A DNA stretch of 64,000 bases from Chiloscyllium plagiosum. Lineage: Eukaryota. The stretch spans positions 70,515,025-70,579,024 of the forward strand of contig NC_057718.1 of the NCBI RefSeq assembly GCF_004010195.1, read 5' to 3'. The notes beneath the pieces are model-generated. The model was not told the origin of the DNA and searched no databases. It was given only the letters and a program-made list of their open reading frames with translations. The position numbers were made by a program, and so were the translations under genes. Shown here piece by piece: positions 24,301-37,279 of the stretch; the first letter of the stretch is position 1; each line of letters opens with the position of its first letter.

Positions 24301-27019
24301 ATTAATACTTTAAAGTTTTTTAATAGTTATGCCAATTATCTTGTATTTTAACAGGTGTAAGAATAAAGTGTGTCTTGCTTAAAGCAGAGTAGTTTGACCA
24401 ATCAAATCATATCACACCTGAACATAGCTAAGACCCTAACTTTTTTTTTATCGGTGACTTATATTTTGAGGGGGTTTGGTCTGGTCCATAACACCTTGCA
24501 AGGTCTCGTGATAACCTAATCTTTGGTCATGCTTGTTGAGATGTAAGGCTACTGAGTGAAGCTATTTGCTTCTCTTCAAACTACTAGGGTGCTGTCATTT
24601 AATGACAGCACCTCTTGACAATATAGTACTGTTGCCCAAAATGGCACCATAGCTGGGATGGTGGAATTAGAAAAATTATCTCCCAATTCACTTGCTTGCA
24701 AAATCCTTATTTCCACCATTTGATCCTCCTTCTTGTCACTTTTCTGCAATGACTTATTTGCTCAACTGTACTTGACTGTTATGCCCTTTTTATCTGAAAT
24801 AAAAACCATTATTTTCTTTCACCTGTTCATCATCTTCTCCCTGAATTCTGTTTTCCTCAAGTCACTTCAAGAAACTCCTCCAGCAAATACAATGACTGCT
24901 TTAGCTCTTCAGTGTTAGATCTGGTACGACTTAGACTCATCAGCCAAAACTCTAACATTTGAGACCATCCAGTTAACTGCCTCTTCTAAATTCCTCTCTT
25001 CACAGGCCCATTGAGTCATACTTGAGTTACTCTCCTTGGACTGTGTTCTAGTGCAATATAATGTGATGATCAGAACTCTGTGCAGTACTCTGGCTGATGC
25101 TGAACAAATTAAGAACCTCTAATAAATGTACACTGTCACTTCAGAACCTGGTTAATGGATTGTATGAATCCAATTGTCCAATTTTTTTTCTCACAATATT
25201 GGACAACAACTGAATGCATTTTTCAATAACAGCATATATCTCCTTAATGACAAAGTTATGAACTCTTCTAGAAGTTCTTGTGCTTTTCATTAAAACTGGT
25301 GTATTATTGCTCTGAAGGTTTGTCACAGAGATCCTGCTTTTGTAAAAGTGAAACAATACTTTTTTTTTTGGAGAAAAAGTGACTATAAACCTAACTATGT
25401 AATTAAAAGTATAATATGGAACTTTGAAAATGAAGTTTGTGGCATGAAAGCAATCTTTCAATGTTGCTATGTGCTTCAAGATGTCCCTATAAACCTCTTT
25501 TGTAGGGGATGCGCAACTGTTGTCCTCGTGTTGCATCCAAAACAAATCCATGATAATTAATTCACATGTCAATCCCAGAATTTGTACACTTTTTGATGAA
25601 GGCATGCTACATCACCTGTATGTGGTTTGAGTTATTGATATAATCCAGTGAGCGCTTGGAATTGTGCCCCAATATTTAGCTAAAAGAAACAAAGTTTATT
25701 ACTGTGAGATGAAAAGTATCGTCACATGGTCCTGAACTTTTCAAAGTTGTTAAATTTAACTTTAATATTGCAGTAGAGAATATTTGATCTCAACACAAGC
25801 CTTCCTCTAATTTTGATCAGAACCATAGACTTTTGCTGCAGAGCATGAAGTCACTTGGTGGATCATGACACTCCCTACAGTTTGCTAGAATAATCCGAAA
25901 ACTAATCTTTACCTTGCTGCCCTAAAGGTTTGTATTTTTTGCTTCCAATATTTATCTAACCTTCCAAAAGATGAAGTTGTTTCAGAATCGGCTATTAATG
26001 TGATAAAACCATTTTCTGCTCTATCTATTAATGTTATCCTTGGGTTTTCTTTTCTGTATGCTCTCCCCTCAAAAACCTTACTGGTTAGTCCAAGTTGCTG
26101 ACGTCTCCTCACTCAGGTGAAAAACCTTTTTTTTTCCTTAATGACCTTTTCATAACTTTTAAAAAAAAAATCAAATAATGGTACTGCTGCTGTACTTTCT
26201 ATGCAGTATGTCTCCACTCATCTGAGCATCAAAGTATGGGACAATAAGCTACGGTCCCTGTTTCTGGTTAAAAATACCTGAATGTTTAGTTACCAGGTTA
26301 GCAGATGATTTTGTTACATCATGATACCTGCTAGGGATGGGTCTTGACAATGTGGTGCATTCTATTTAAAATTGCAAAATTCCTGGGTAAGGAGGGATAA
26401 GCTGATCCCTTTTTTCTTTTCCCCCCCCATTCTTTGCCCTCCACACCGAGGTTAATCTTGCAAATGGTCTCCTCTCTTCAAAACCAAACACTACTTTGTT
26501 TTATGGAGGAACCAATTTTAACCAGGCTGTTTTGAGTTAACAAGTGTGTTAGTAATAAATGCAAATAATAATACAAACAGACACACAAGAGGTTAGACCA
26601 GGGTTGAAGCTTGCTTTTAACATCTGCCCTGTGTATTTTTGAAGCAATGATTGTGTCTCTTCCCAGGCTGATCCATATTTTTAACCATATCCACAATCTT
26701 GGGTTAAGTATTTTTGACTGAAAAATCACATTAGGAGTAGCCGCTGTTTTGAGATTTGGATTTAAATTTCATCAATAGTAAATCAATCTTGCAGAGTTTT
26801 TGGATGATTCATCCAGTCACAAGAAAACTGCTTTCAGCATTGTCTACATGAACTTGCAGGCCCAGAAAATTTCAAGTGACTAACCAATATGCAATCTGTC
26901 AGGCCACCTGTGATAATTTCAATGCAAAAGGTCAGTTGAGGATTTGGTGAGCTGTTGGCTCTACAGACTTAATCCTGTTTCCTTTTTTTATTGACCACCC
27001 AATGTTATTCATTATGTTT

Positions 27020-27310
27020 CATAGAAACATAGAAATTAAGAGCCTCATAGTGAATGATCTATGATCACAGCTGATCCCCTCCCTCAAAGCTATATTTTGC
27101 ATTTCTTCCCATATTCCTTGATTCCTTCTAATGTCTTAACAAAACTCGATCTTGAATATGTTCAGTGACTTGGCCTTCACAACCTTCTGTGGTAGAGATT
27201 TCCACAGGTTTATTACAGAGTGAAAATGGTCTACCCTGTATCCTGACATTGTATCCCATGGCTCCAGACTCCCAACCAAGGGAAATGTCCTCCTTGCATC
27301 CTAGCCTCCT
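27020..27310 (-). mobile_element. CR1 3' end fragment
   Basis: catagaaacatagaa tail; cttctgtggtagagatttccacaggttt (V.LWNSLP region on the minus strand). Confidence 0.65.
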
Positions 27311-29167
27311 CGACCTCTCCTTGCACCTGAGGCATGTTGATCCTCTGGTTAAACCACTGGCGTTTTTCCCCCAAGGAGGCAGTACTATGGTCTGGTAGGC
27401 CGATGGCAACTTTAGCTCTTTCACTTCATCTGAGTTGCATTAACTCCTGGATTTTCATTGGGAAGCACTGAGATTTTTAAATTATGATTTGATTCATCTA
27501 ATAACAATAAATCTTTAGGAGAAAATTTAAAGATTTCAAATTGAAATATCAATAGGAGACCATTTTGGAGACAGCAGTTTTAGTTACGTTACATTTGTTA
27601 TGGAAAATTGAGCCTGAAAATTCTCAACAGGGGAAAGCTCATTTTAATAAAATGACTTGGTCAGAGTGGACTAAAAGCAGAGTTTCAGGTAAATCTGTCT
27701 CTGAATAGTGAGATGCATTTAAGCCAGGAATTTGTGTAGGGCTAACCTCTTTTAATAAAGAATTCTTTATATTCTATGAACTCTGAATATCAATTGATAT
27801 GTATGCATTAGAAAAAGGGGAAAAAGTAAGACTTGTGGCAGGTACTGTGGGGTCAAAACAGCAGATTCTGAGAAGTGTAATGTATCCAGGAGGAAGCTTC
27901 AAAAGGGAGAATATGGAGAGCTAATAAAGGAAATGAAAGGGTACCGGTAGGGAAAATAAAGGAAGATCTGAGAGTAGGGCTCACTATAGAACATAGTGCA
28001 TGGAGCCAGAGGATCTTAGGGTTCCAAACTAATTCTTAGGTCAGTATCACTCAAGAGGGACAATATGGGTACAGAAGTCTGAAATCTGTGTAATAACTAG
28101 CCCAATTACTGAGTTACACTTGGCCATGGCCAGTCAGGACAATGCTCAGTGTTCTAAAAGTTTTTTGCTTTGTGTTCTCAATATGGCTCCAAAATGGGTA
28201 GTCCACTTCTTTCATGCAATTGATATTCTCTTCGCTACTTCTGCGAGGGAGCTTGTGACTCAAACTGCTGGTTTTGCAACCCTAACTGGAATTGAAGCCC
28301 ACTGTTTAGAGTTTGTGCTCTGCATCAGTGATGTCCAAAGTTTCCTCCCTGCAGCTCTCCACCTTTTTTTTTTCTCCTTTTTTAAGACACACACTCCTTT
28401 AAAACGTTGACATTTTTGGCACAGTTTAATGATTTGCCATATCTCAATTTGAGTCCTGTCTCTTGAAATACTTTATTAAAGGTGCCACATAAATCTAATT
28501 GTCTAACAACACTTCCATTTGGCATCACATTTTAAATGGTGAAAGTCAATCTAGTTTAACAGCTCCAACTTCAAATTTGTAACATAGGGCCTGTGGAATT
28601 GTTCAATGTGGCAGGAATTGTTTTTTTTCATCTACCTAAAGGGTGTGCACTTCTGATGTTTCTTCATTGTGACCTATCAATGATATAATCATTATATCCA
28701 CTGAGCCATTTTGTGGATACAGAAAATATAGCAGGATAACAACAGCAAGAAAATTAGTGACTGTTTAATCTGTTTCAATGATTGGTCAAGGTGGGAATGT
28801 TGGGCAGGATGAAAACTCAAGAATGCTTGTGCCAGGAACTCTGTAGTACACATGAATAGGCATAAAAGACTTTTTTATTTTGATTTTATTCTGTTTTCAA
28901 TGATCCTGATGCCTGTTGCTAAAGCCAAGCTCCTTTTTGGAGCATACTGTAATTCCTTGGGATTCCAGTTGTTTTTGTGTCCATTTTCACTTGGTATATG
29001 GATAACTCTCTCTTCCTTTCTTAATACCTATTGGACTTATTATCTTAAGACACATCTGAACCTTCAAACCTTGGAGGCAGCTAGAGGACAGATCTTGATA
29101 TCTAGCTTTTAAATGATTTCTAGGAAGGCACTGGTGTACTGGTATTAATGCTGGACAAGGTGACCAT

Positions 29168-29440
29168 AGAATCCCTACAGTGTGGAAAGTGGCCATTGGG
29201 CCCAACAAGTCCACACTGACCCTTTTGAAGAGTAATCCACCTAGACTCGTTCTCCTACCCTATTATTCTACACTTACCCCTGACAAATGCACCTAACCTA
29301 CACATCCCTGAACACTGGGGCAATTTAGCATGGATAATTCACCTAACCTGCACATCTTTGAATATTGGGAGGAAACCGGAGGTTACCTGAGGCTAGAATC
29401 GAACCTGGATCTCTGGTGTTGTGAGCCACCATCCCACCAC
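29168..29440 (-). mobile_element. HE1-like V-SINE
   Basis: Homologous to 4703-4993. Confidence 0.8.
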
Positions 29441-31500
29441 AGCAGTTTGTGGAAGTTGAAATCAATAATCATGATATCTGGAATTTAAGTCTACATTAAA
29501 TCATTTAGACAAACAAATCAACATTATCTTTTTTTTTTAGGGTAGGTAATTCTTACCTGGTCTGACCTACATGTGACTTCAGACCCACAGCAATGGTGAC
29601 TCTTAACTGCCCTGTTGAAATGGTGTAGCAAGCTACTCCAATGTTTCAATTGCTATAAAGTCTCTCAAAACTGGATGCTCAGCCTAGGCAGTGGAAACAA
29701 TAGCACCGCTGTGAAATCATCTTAATTTTGGCACTAGCCATTAAATATTAATAGAGTTGTCACAAACTAGTTGTAGTCATTTGGAATCATACCTTAAGAC
29801 ACTACCCAGAGATGGTGATAGTAGTATCTCCTGTCCCACCAGCAGAACAAATGCAGCAGATGATACAGAGTCAGATGGGAACTGCCCTTTCAATCCTCAG
29901 CATGGTATTAGGACAAACTTGGGCAAGACAGCCTCCTGCTGATCACAATGTTCTGTCTTCCTGGAGCTGATTGTTTCCTCCAAGCAACATGCAATAATTA
30001 GGAGCATCAATACAGAGGATGGCATGGGCATAGGATGTACTTTTGGGTTAGGGATTTCAACATCCACTAGGAATGCCTCAGCAGCATCACTATCGATCAC
30101 ACTGGCTTTTAAAAGACTAAACTGGTTGCTGTGGTTCTGTTTGCCGAGCTGGAAGTTTTTGTTGCAATAAACACCAGAGGAAACATCAAAGAAGCGCTTC
30201 GCAGGAGGCTCCCAAGCACTGATGTCGCCTAGCCAGGGGACGAAACATTTGCAACAAAAACTTCCAGCTCGGCGAACAGAACCACAGCAACGAACACCCA
30301 AGCTACAAATCTTCGCACAAACTTTGAAGACTAGATTGGACTAAACCTCTAGACTGGATCTGTGGCAGGTGGTATGGGGATAATCCATATTTGAACTCAT
30401 TGCTTTCAATCTGCCAATAGCAGATACGGCTATATGTGACAGTACCAGTAAGACTGACCATCTCTCACTCTTGTGGAGACAAAAGTTTGTCTTTGTGTTG
30501 ACAATACCTTGCATTATTTTATGTGGCACTTTTTCAATTATATAAAAATGGGATAGATTCCAAACCTGTCTGGTAATCTGATGTGCCAAGAACCACTAGC
30601 AGCAGCAGAAGAATCATACTCCAACACAATCTACAACCTCATGGCCTGTTAATTTTCCCACTCTACCATTGTCATTGAGTCAGGGTTGATTACCATTGCC
30701 ATCAAGCCAGGAGGAGTTCAGGAGGGCATGCTCGGAACAGCAGCAAACATTCCTAAAAATGAGTGGTCAACCTGGTGAAACTACACCATGTTTAACAAAA
30801 ACCGAAAAGGAGACATAAGCAATTTTCTCCGTCAACTAATCTAATCTAAATTCTGTAGTCCTGCTACGTCCAGTTGTGAATGGTAGTGAACGGTTAAGCA
30901 ACTTGCTGGAGGAAGACTCTCTACAATGATGGAGTCCAGTGTGTCAGTGTAAAATTTACAATTCCTTTTTAACCAGGAGTGTTGTGGGCTCCACCAGAGC
31001 TCCCTGCAACACAGATGCCAGCCCTCAGCCAATTTGATTCATTCCATCTGATGTCAAGAAACAGCTGTGGGTACGGACAATAGTACTGAAGATGCGCCAA
31101 ACTTCCTGCACCCTGAGCCAAGCTGTTACAGTAAAACTACAATGTGACATCTACTTAACAATCTAGATTGTTTTTACAGGAGATACCGGACAACTACCAT
31201 CCATCTACTCTTGATTATCAGTGATGGAAGATCTAATCAACAGTGCTATCATGCAGCACTTGCTTAGTAACCTGTTCTCACACCCACTCGCATGGTTTGG
31301 GTTCTAGCATAGCCACTCCGCTCCCAACCTCATTTACAGCAATGATTCAAATATAGACTGAATTTGAGCAGCACTAAGAATGCTGTCCTAGCCATCAAAG
31401 CCACATTTGACAGTGGTATCTGAGAGCTGTAGCAAATTCTGGCACTAAGGAAGAAGGTTGGCATTGTTGTAGGTCAGTCGCCTCCAATTATAGGACAAGT
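29440..31500 (+). mobile_element. Old LINE relic (CR1/L2 group) preceded by a DeuSINE-like domain
   Basis: cttacctggtctgacctacatgtgacttcagacccacagcaatg (Deu-like). LGISTS/GDFN-like endonuclease remnant near 30045; catcaaagccacatttgacagt (DIKAAFD-like) near 31392; related fragment at 7650-7890. Confidence 0.5.
30126..30326. mobile_element. Poseidon-type PLE terminal repeat, fold-back, imperfect 13-bp TSD
   Basis: 30125-30167 is the reverse complement of ~30249-30291. aagactaaactgg (30113-30125) and aagactagattgg (30327-30339). Tail agctacaaatctt is shared with 32215-32230. Confidence 0.75.
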
Positions 31501-31724
31501 CAGGATTATGATGGAAACCCTTCACCATCCCCACCTCCACCCCACCATTGCTTTTCCTGCTTTGAAAACATGAATGTTCCTAGCTTTTGCTTGAATTTTT
31601 TTTTTAAAACCTGCTTAGAACCACCAGTCCTGATCTATTCTTAGACCTTTTTTAAAACACCTGGTGATCTGCAAGAATTCTTGCATCGAAGTTATCAAGG
31701 GTAATTAACTTGTCTTTTGTCTCT

Positions 31725-32240
31725 TCTGACTGACGTCATTTACAAAATACCGTGCAAGGACTGTAGCAAACACTATGTTGGACAAACAGGCAGAAAACTA
31801 GCCATCAGGATACATGAACACCAACTCGCCACAAAAAGACATGATCTTCACTCAATAGTATCCTCACATACAGATGAGAAAGGACACTGCTTCGACTGGG
31901 ACGACATATCCATCCTAGGACAAGCCAAACAAGGACACGCACAAGAATTCCTAGAAGCATGGCATTTCAACCAGAACTCTATCAACAAATGCATCGTGTT
32001 AGACACCATCTACCACCCCCTGAGAAAAGGAACAAATGACTTCACCACAGGAAATGACATCAACCCAAAGAAACCCAAACACAAATAGAAAGCAGGAATT
32101 TTCGGCATTGCTTCGCATGAGGCCCACTGAAGATGTTACCTAGTAAGGTAATGAAACGTCTGAAAATGAACCTCCAAGCTCAGCGAGCAAACTTGCATCC
32201 AAGACCTCAACCTGAGCTACAAATCTTCTCAAAACTCACT
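31725..32240 (+). mobile_element. Penelope/Poseidon-type PLE 3' part: GIY-YIG endonuclease plus terminal repeat
   Basis: VIYKIPCKDCSKHYVGQTGRKLAIRIHEHQ...EFLEAWH..NSINK. Confidence 0.9.
32127..32160 (+). ncRNA. Minimal hammerhead ribozyme core in Poseidon-type terminal repeat
   Basis: ca-CTGAAGA-T-GTTACC-tagtaa-GGTAAT-GAAACGTC-tg: 6-bp stem II, ACGU palindrome, GUC triplet, 2-bp stem I. Confidence 0.7.
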
Positions 32241-32454
32241 AATCTATAAGATGTATTGCAGAAATTTACCAAAGATCCTCAGACAGCACTTTCCAGACCC
32301 ACAGCCACTTCCACTTAGAAGGACAAGGGCAGTAGATATATGGAAACGCCACTGCCTACAACCTTGCTCCATGCTGCTTGCTGTTCTGACTCTGAAATAC
32401 ATAATTTCTTTAGTGTCTACCTACAGTACCCATTCTTCAAAATACCCATGTATT

Positions 32455-33140
32455 TAAAAAGAATGGATACCCAATGAACACAGTCCACAGATTTCTCAGC
32501 AACAAACCCAAACAAGCAGACAAAACTCATCCAGAAACCCTAGCCACTCTCCCCTACATCAAAGGCACCTCAGAAATGACTGCCAGACTACTCCGATCCC
32601 TTGGCATCATGGTAGCCCACAAACCCACCAACACTCTAAAATAGCAGCTATTGAACTTGAAAGATCCTACACAGACAACAAGCAAAACTAACGTCACTTA
32701 CAAAATACCGTGCAAGGAATGTAACAAACACTACATTGGACAAACGGGCAGAAAGCTAGCCACCAGGATACATGAACATCAACTAGCCACAAAATGTGGC
32801 TTTTCTCACGAGTATCCTTATGTACAGATGAGGAAAGAACCACTTCGACTGGGACAACACATCTATTCTAGGACAAGCCCAACAGAGACACTCTCGAATT
32901 CCTAGAAGCATGGCATTCCAACTGGAGCTCTATCAACAAGCAGAGTTGAACCCCGACCACCACCCCTAAGAAAAAAAAACAGGAAATGATGTCACCACAG
33001 GAAATGACATCAACCCAAAGAAACCCAAACATTTGAATAGAAAGCAGGAATTATCAGCAGTGCTTCGTCCAGAGGTCCAATGAAGATGTTACTTAGTGGG
33101 CAATGAAACATCTGAAAATGAACCTTCCAGCTCAGTGAAA
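32455..33140 (+). mobile_element. Second Poseidon-type PLE copy (RT thumb/linker, GIY-YIG, decayed terminal repeat)
   Basis: LPYIKGTSE..RLLRSLGI.VAHKP; TNVTYKIPCKECNKHYIGQTGRKLATRIHEHQ; hammerhead decayed at ~33079-33112. Confidence 0.85.
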
Positions 33141-33204
33141 TTGAAGTATTAAGTTACCCCCTCCTTTTGATTATTGACTCCAATTTCCTCCCCACTAATG
33201 TTAG

Positions 33205-36200
33205 ACTAATTGTTGTCATACAGCATGGAAATCAACCCTTCGGTCCCAGCCATGTTCCCAAACGAAACTACTCCCACTGTCCTGTACTTGGCCCATTTCC
33301 CTAAACCTGTCCTTTTCATGAAGTTATCCATATGTCTTTTAAATATTGTAACTGTATCTGCATTCACTAAATTCTCTGGCAGTACATTCTGCACACAAAC
33401 CATTTTTTTAAAAAGAAAGTTGCTACTCTGTCCTCTTTCAACCTTTCATCTTAAAATTATATACAGTCATAGAGATGTACAGCACAGAAACAGACCCTTT
33501 GATCCCCAACCCGTCCATGCTGACAAGATATCCCAACCCAAACTAGTCCCACCTGCCAGCACCGGGCCATATCCCTTCAAACCCTTCCTATTCATATACC
33601 CATCCAAATGCCTCTTAAATGTTGCAATTGTAATAGCCTCCTCCACTTCCTCTGGCAGCTCATTCCATAAACATGCCACCCTCTGTGAAAAGGTTGCCCC
33701 ATAGGTCCCTTTATATCTTTCCCCTCTCGCCCTAAACCTGTGCCCTCTAGTTCCGGACTTTATCCTCTAGTATTGAGTTCCCCTACTTGAGGGAAAAGAC
33801 CTTAAACTGTGCCCCTCATGATTTTATAAGCCTCCATAGGGAATCTCTCCACTTCCTATGCTCCAGCAGGAAACAAAGTCCCAGATATCCAGTGTTTTTA
33901 TATCTCAAATCCTCCATTCCTTGCAACATTCCAGTAAATCTTTTTTGAACCCCCCTCCAGTTTAAAAACATCCTTCCTATGACAGGGTGACGAGGGTTGG
34001 CCTTGCCAACCTTGCCTGGTTTTCCTCTTTCGTACTGTTTAAAAAGCAGCATGTGCAATTTTGTAATCTAGAAGGGTGTCTCCTGAACCTAGGGATTTTT
34101 GAAAGATTGTAGCTAGGGTATCTAAAATGTGATCTCTTTCTTTCTTTAGTGCCTCTTTTGGATGCAAACCATCAGGTTCTGGAGATTTGTCAATTTTTTT
34201 TTCAGTTTTATTAATTTTCTCAATGTTTTCCTTAGTTTTAACTTCTTCAGTCCCTGTCCCTAATCCACTATTGAATTCCTCAGGACTTCTCCAAGCTCTC
34301 CTCTTTTCTACTGTAAATACTGAAGCAAAGCAATTATTCAACACATCTGCTATTTTCCCCATAGTCATTAACAATATTCCCTTTTAGTGGGCCAACATTG
34401 TTCCTGATTACTTAAAATTACTTATTAATTTTGTCCCTTGCAAGTTCCCGATTGTAATCTGTTTTCAGTAGCTCTTGTTAGCTTCTTTGTGACCCTATGA
34501 TTTTTATCTTTTTCATTCGGCAATATCTGTGCTGGCTGCTTTTTTTGCTTTTAAGCTCTTTAGGTTTCTGCTTTGCCTATCTCTTTAGTTGTCTGTAGCT
34601 TTTTTCCTCTGGTAAGTGAAACTTTTTTTTCATTATGAACTGGTTTTGTATTGGTTTATATGTTTTATGATTTTAGAGGTACCAGTGTTGGACTGGGGTA
34701 GATAAAGTTACCTGGTGGAGTATAATCTGGTGTTATGCAAATTTTTGCTTGTAAATGTTTTAAGTGTCCATCTTGGTTCTTCAGTTTTAACCATTTACAG
34801 ATTTTCCCAGTTTACTGTAGACAGTCTTTGTCTCATTACTGAAGTTGGCCAAAATCTAAAATTCTGGTAGTTGATTCATGCTTTTTGCATTCAAACACTA
34901 CATTGAACTCTATCAAATTATGATCACAGTTTGATAGATTATTCATGTGCAGTTAGGTTACTAAGTAAATCTGGTTCATGACTCATTAGGAGATCCAATA
35001 TGTCATTTGTCCCCTTGCGTCCAGGACACATTGCTGTTGGAAAATATCCCAAATGTACTCTTAAAAATTCACTACCTTTTACTGACCGGTGCTTAACTGC
35101 CTCTCCCTATCTATCAAAGTTAGAATCCCCCATTAATACTACTCTGCCTTTGCACATAACTAACTTCTACATTTGTGCTATTAAGCACTTAATGCTGCTA
35201 CCAGGGGTTTATACACATTATTTTATCCTTCCTCAGTTCCACCCGTAAGGTCTCTACTGGACGCTTCCGTTATATCCTCTCTCACTATTTGAAGTGATTT
35301 TGTTTCTGAATCTTTCATTTTTGAATTAGTAAGGCCATTGTTTTTACCTAGGGAGGATGCAATGACTGCAGATGCTGGAAACCATATTCTGGATTAGTGT
35401 TGCTTGCTGAGCACAGCAGTTCAGGCAGCATCCGAGGAGCAGTAAAATCAATGTTTCGGGCAAAAGCCCTGCATCCTCCTTGCCTTTTTTCCCCCGTCCC
35501 TCCTATACACTTTATCTGGTGTATTTAGTTCCCAGTCCTGACTATAAAGCAGCCATGTCTCTGCAATGGCTACAATATCATAGCTTCCGATTTGAATTTG
35601 TGTCTGCAGCTCAATTAATTTATTCTTGTACTCCATGCTTGTGGGGTACTGTTTTTTGGGTCATATCCTCTAACCTGTCCCTCGGCACCTGATGATGCTT
35701 TCAACTATTTTATTATTAAAAAATGTTATTTAATTTTGCCATTCTATTCCATACCTGAAGTTGGATTCCTGTCTGTTTCTTTAATCTGTTCTATTTTCTT
35801 TTGAAGCTATATAGACTTGCCTCAAGTCTACCCCCATTATACTAGGTTTGAAGTTCTTGTGACCACTGTATCTGTCTTTTCCACTAGGACACTGGTCCCA
35901 GATCAGTTCAGGTGAAGCCTGTCCCAAATAGTTCCTACTTGTCCCAATACTGAGGCCAGTATGCCATGCAATAGAACACCTCCTACCTGTACCACTCCTT
36001 TTAGCCACATACTTGCCTAATTTTCTTGTGTCAATTTTCACATTGGCTCAGGTAAGAATAGAGATTATAAGCCTTGAGGTCCAGTTCTCAAATTTTGTTC
36101 CTAATTATTGATATTCCACAAACTGACCTCTTGCCTACTCTTCCCTATGTTATTAGTGCCAACTTGGGACCTAACATCCCCAAAAACTAGATATTCCCCC

Positions 36201-36770
36201 TTCTACTCCAGTATCTTTTAAGGCCATTGAAATATTCCTTACCTTGGCATTAGGTAGGCAACACCATACAGATACTCAGTCCTGTTTTACAAAGGTTGCT
36301 ATTTGAACCCTTAATTATAGAATCCCTTGGTATTGTCACTTTTTTTTTCTTTTTGCTCCCCTGCTTCAGTGGCCTCCTGTACCCAGGTGCATGTTGAGTT
36401 TGCTCATCCTCCCTATAAACTTGTTCCTCATCCACACAGGGAGCAAGTACACTACATGTTAGACAAGGTTAAAGCTGAGGTTCTCCCAATGTTAATTTCA
36501 GGATCCCTCTACTCTCATCGCTCATTGTCACTATTTCCTGTCCCTGACTACTGGCTACATTTGACTTACTTAACCTATGAGAGGTGACTACCTGAACACT
36601 ATCAGGCAACTCTCCTCTGCATGATGTGTTCCAGGGTCTGAAGCTCCGTTTCCAACTCGTCAGTTCTGAATCCGCGTTCTTCAAGCAACCAAAGCTTGCT
36701 ACAGTTGTGTAACTAAGAGCTACAATAGGGTCCTGCAGGTACAACACCTCACCTGGCCCTGCATCTGTAC
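33205..36770 (-). mobile_element. Decayed CR1 LINE (ORF1-ORF2) with a younger CR1 3' end nested at ~33465-33780
   Basis: Minus peptides LWNELPEEVEEA, IADVLNNCFASVFT, DKSPEPDGLHP, YDIVAIAETWL, TIPRDSIIKG. Confidence 0.8.
35336..35480 (-). mobile_element. Short PLE terminal-repeat piece with rearranged ends
   Basis: Reverse complement of 628-740; ggaggatgca (35352-35361) and tgcatcctcc (35470-35479) bracket it as an inverted pair. Confidence 0.7.
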
Positions 36771-37279
36771 TTTTCCAATTGTATGTGTATATGTGTTTAT
36801 TTATTTGTATTTCCCTCCTAGTTTTTTTTTATTTGGAAGAAAGTACTCTCTCTGCACCTGCGTACTAACTTTTGTGATCTGTGCACCAGAACACCTAGAT
36901 CTCTCTACAACTGTTATCTCCATTTTAGCTATACTCCACACTTTCATTCTTGCTGCCAAAAGAAGCAATATTCAGCTTTTCCTACACTATCCTTCTGCTA
37001 TATTTTACTCACTCACTTTTTTTCTCAAAGTATATCTGCAACTACCATCCATAATCATCTTCATTAATTTCTACATCAGTTGTTAACCAAAAATTTAGCT
37101 ACTATGTCATCTCTTCCAATTCACTAAATTTTAAAGCAAAACATTAGAGACCTCCCTACAGACATCTGTGGAACTCCTCATATCCTGCCAATCGGGTAAT
37201 AACTCCTGATTTCAATCAGCCATCCAGCTTTCTATCAGTGCTAATGTTGTTCACTACATTTTACGAGCAAAGACTGGTA

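Larger units (their letters stand above)
21550..24493 (+). mobile_element. Gypsy/Ty3 LTR retrotransposon relic: RT C-terminus (21550-21897), RNase H (23205-23535), 3' LTR (23709-24493); split by a CR1
   Basis: Remnants YLGNIIGHGQ, CQKIFGNLKAVMTTA, FKVTIDVSDV, TDHNLLTF, PFNLKI/HVAGQE. LTR begins TG and ends ggtccataaCA; the same LTR end occurs at 63805-63839. Confidence 0.75.

Noticed and set aside
25063..25103. C/D-box snoRNA-like TGATGA...CTGA
   Set aside because: Boxes are too close together, there is no terminal stem, and the sequence resembles a CR1 remnant (cagaactctgtgcagtactc).
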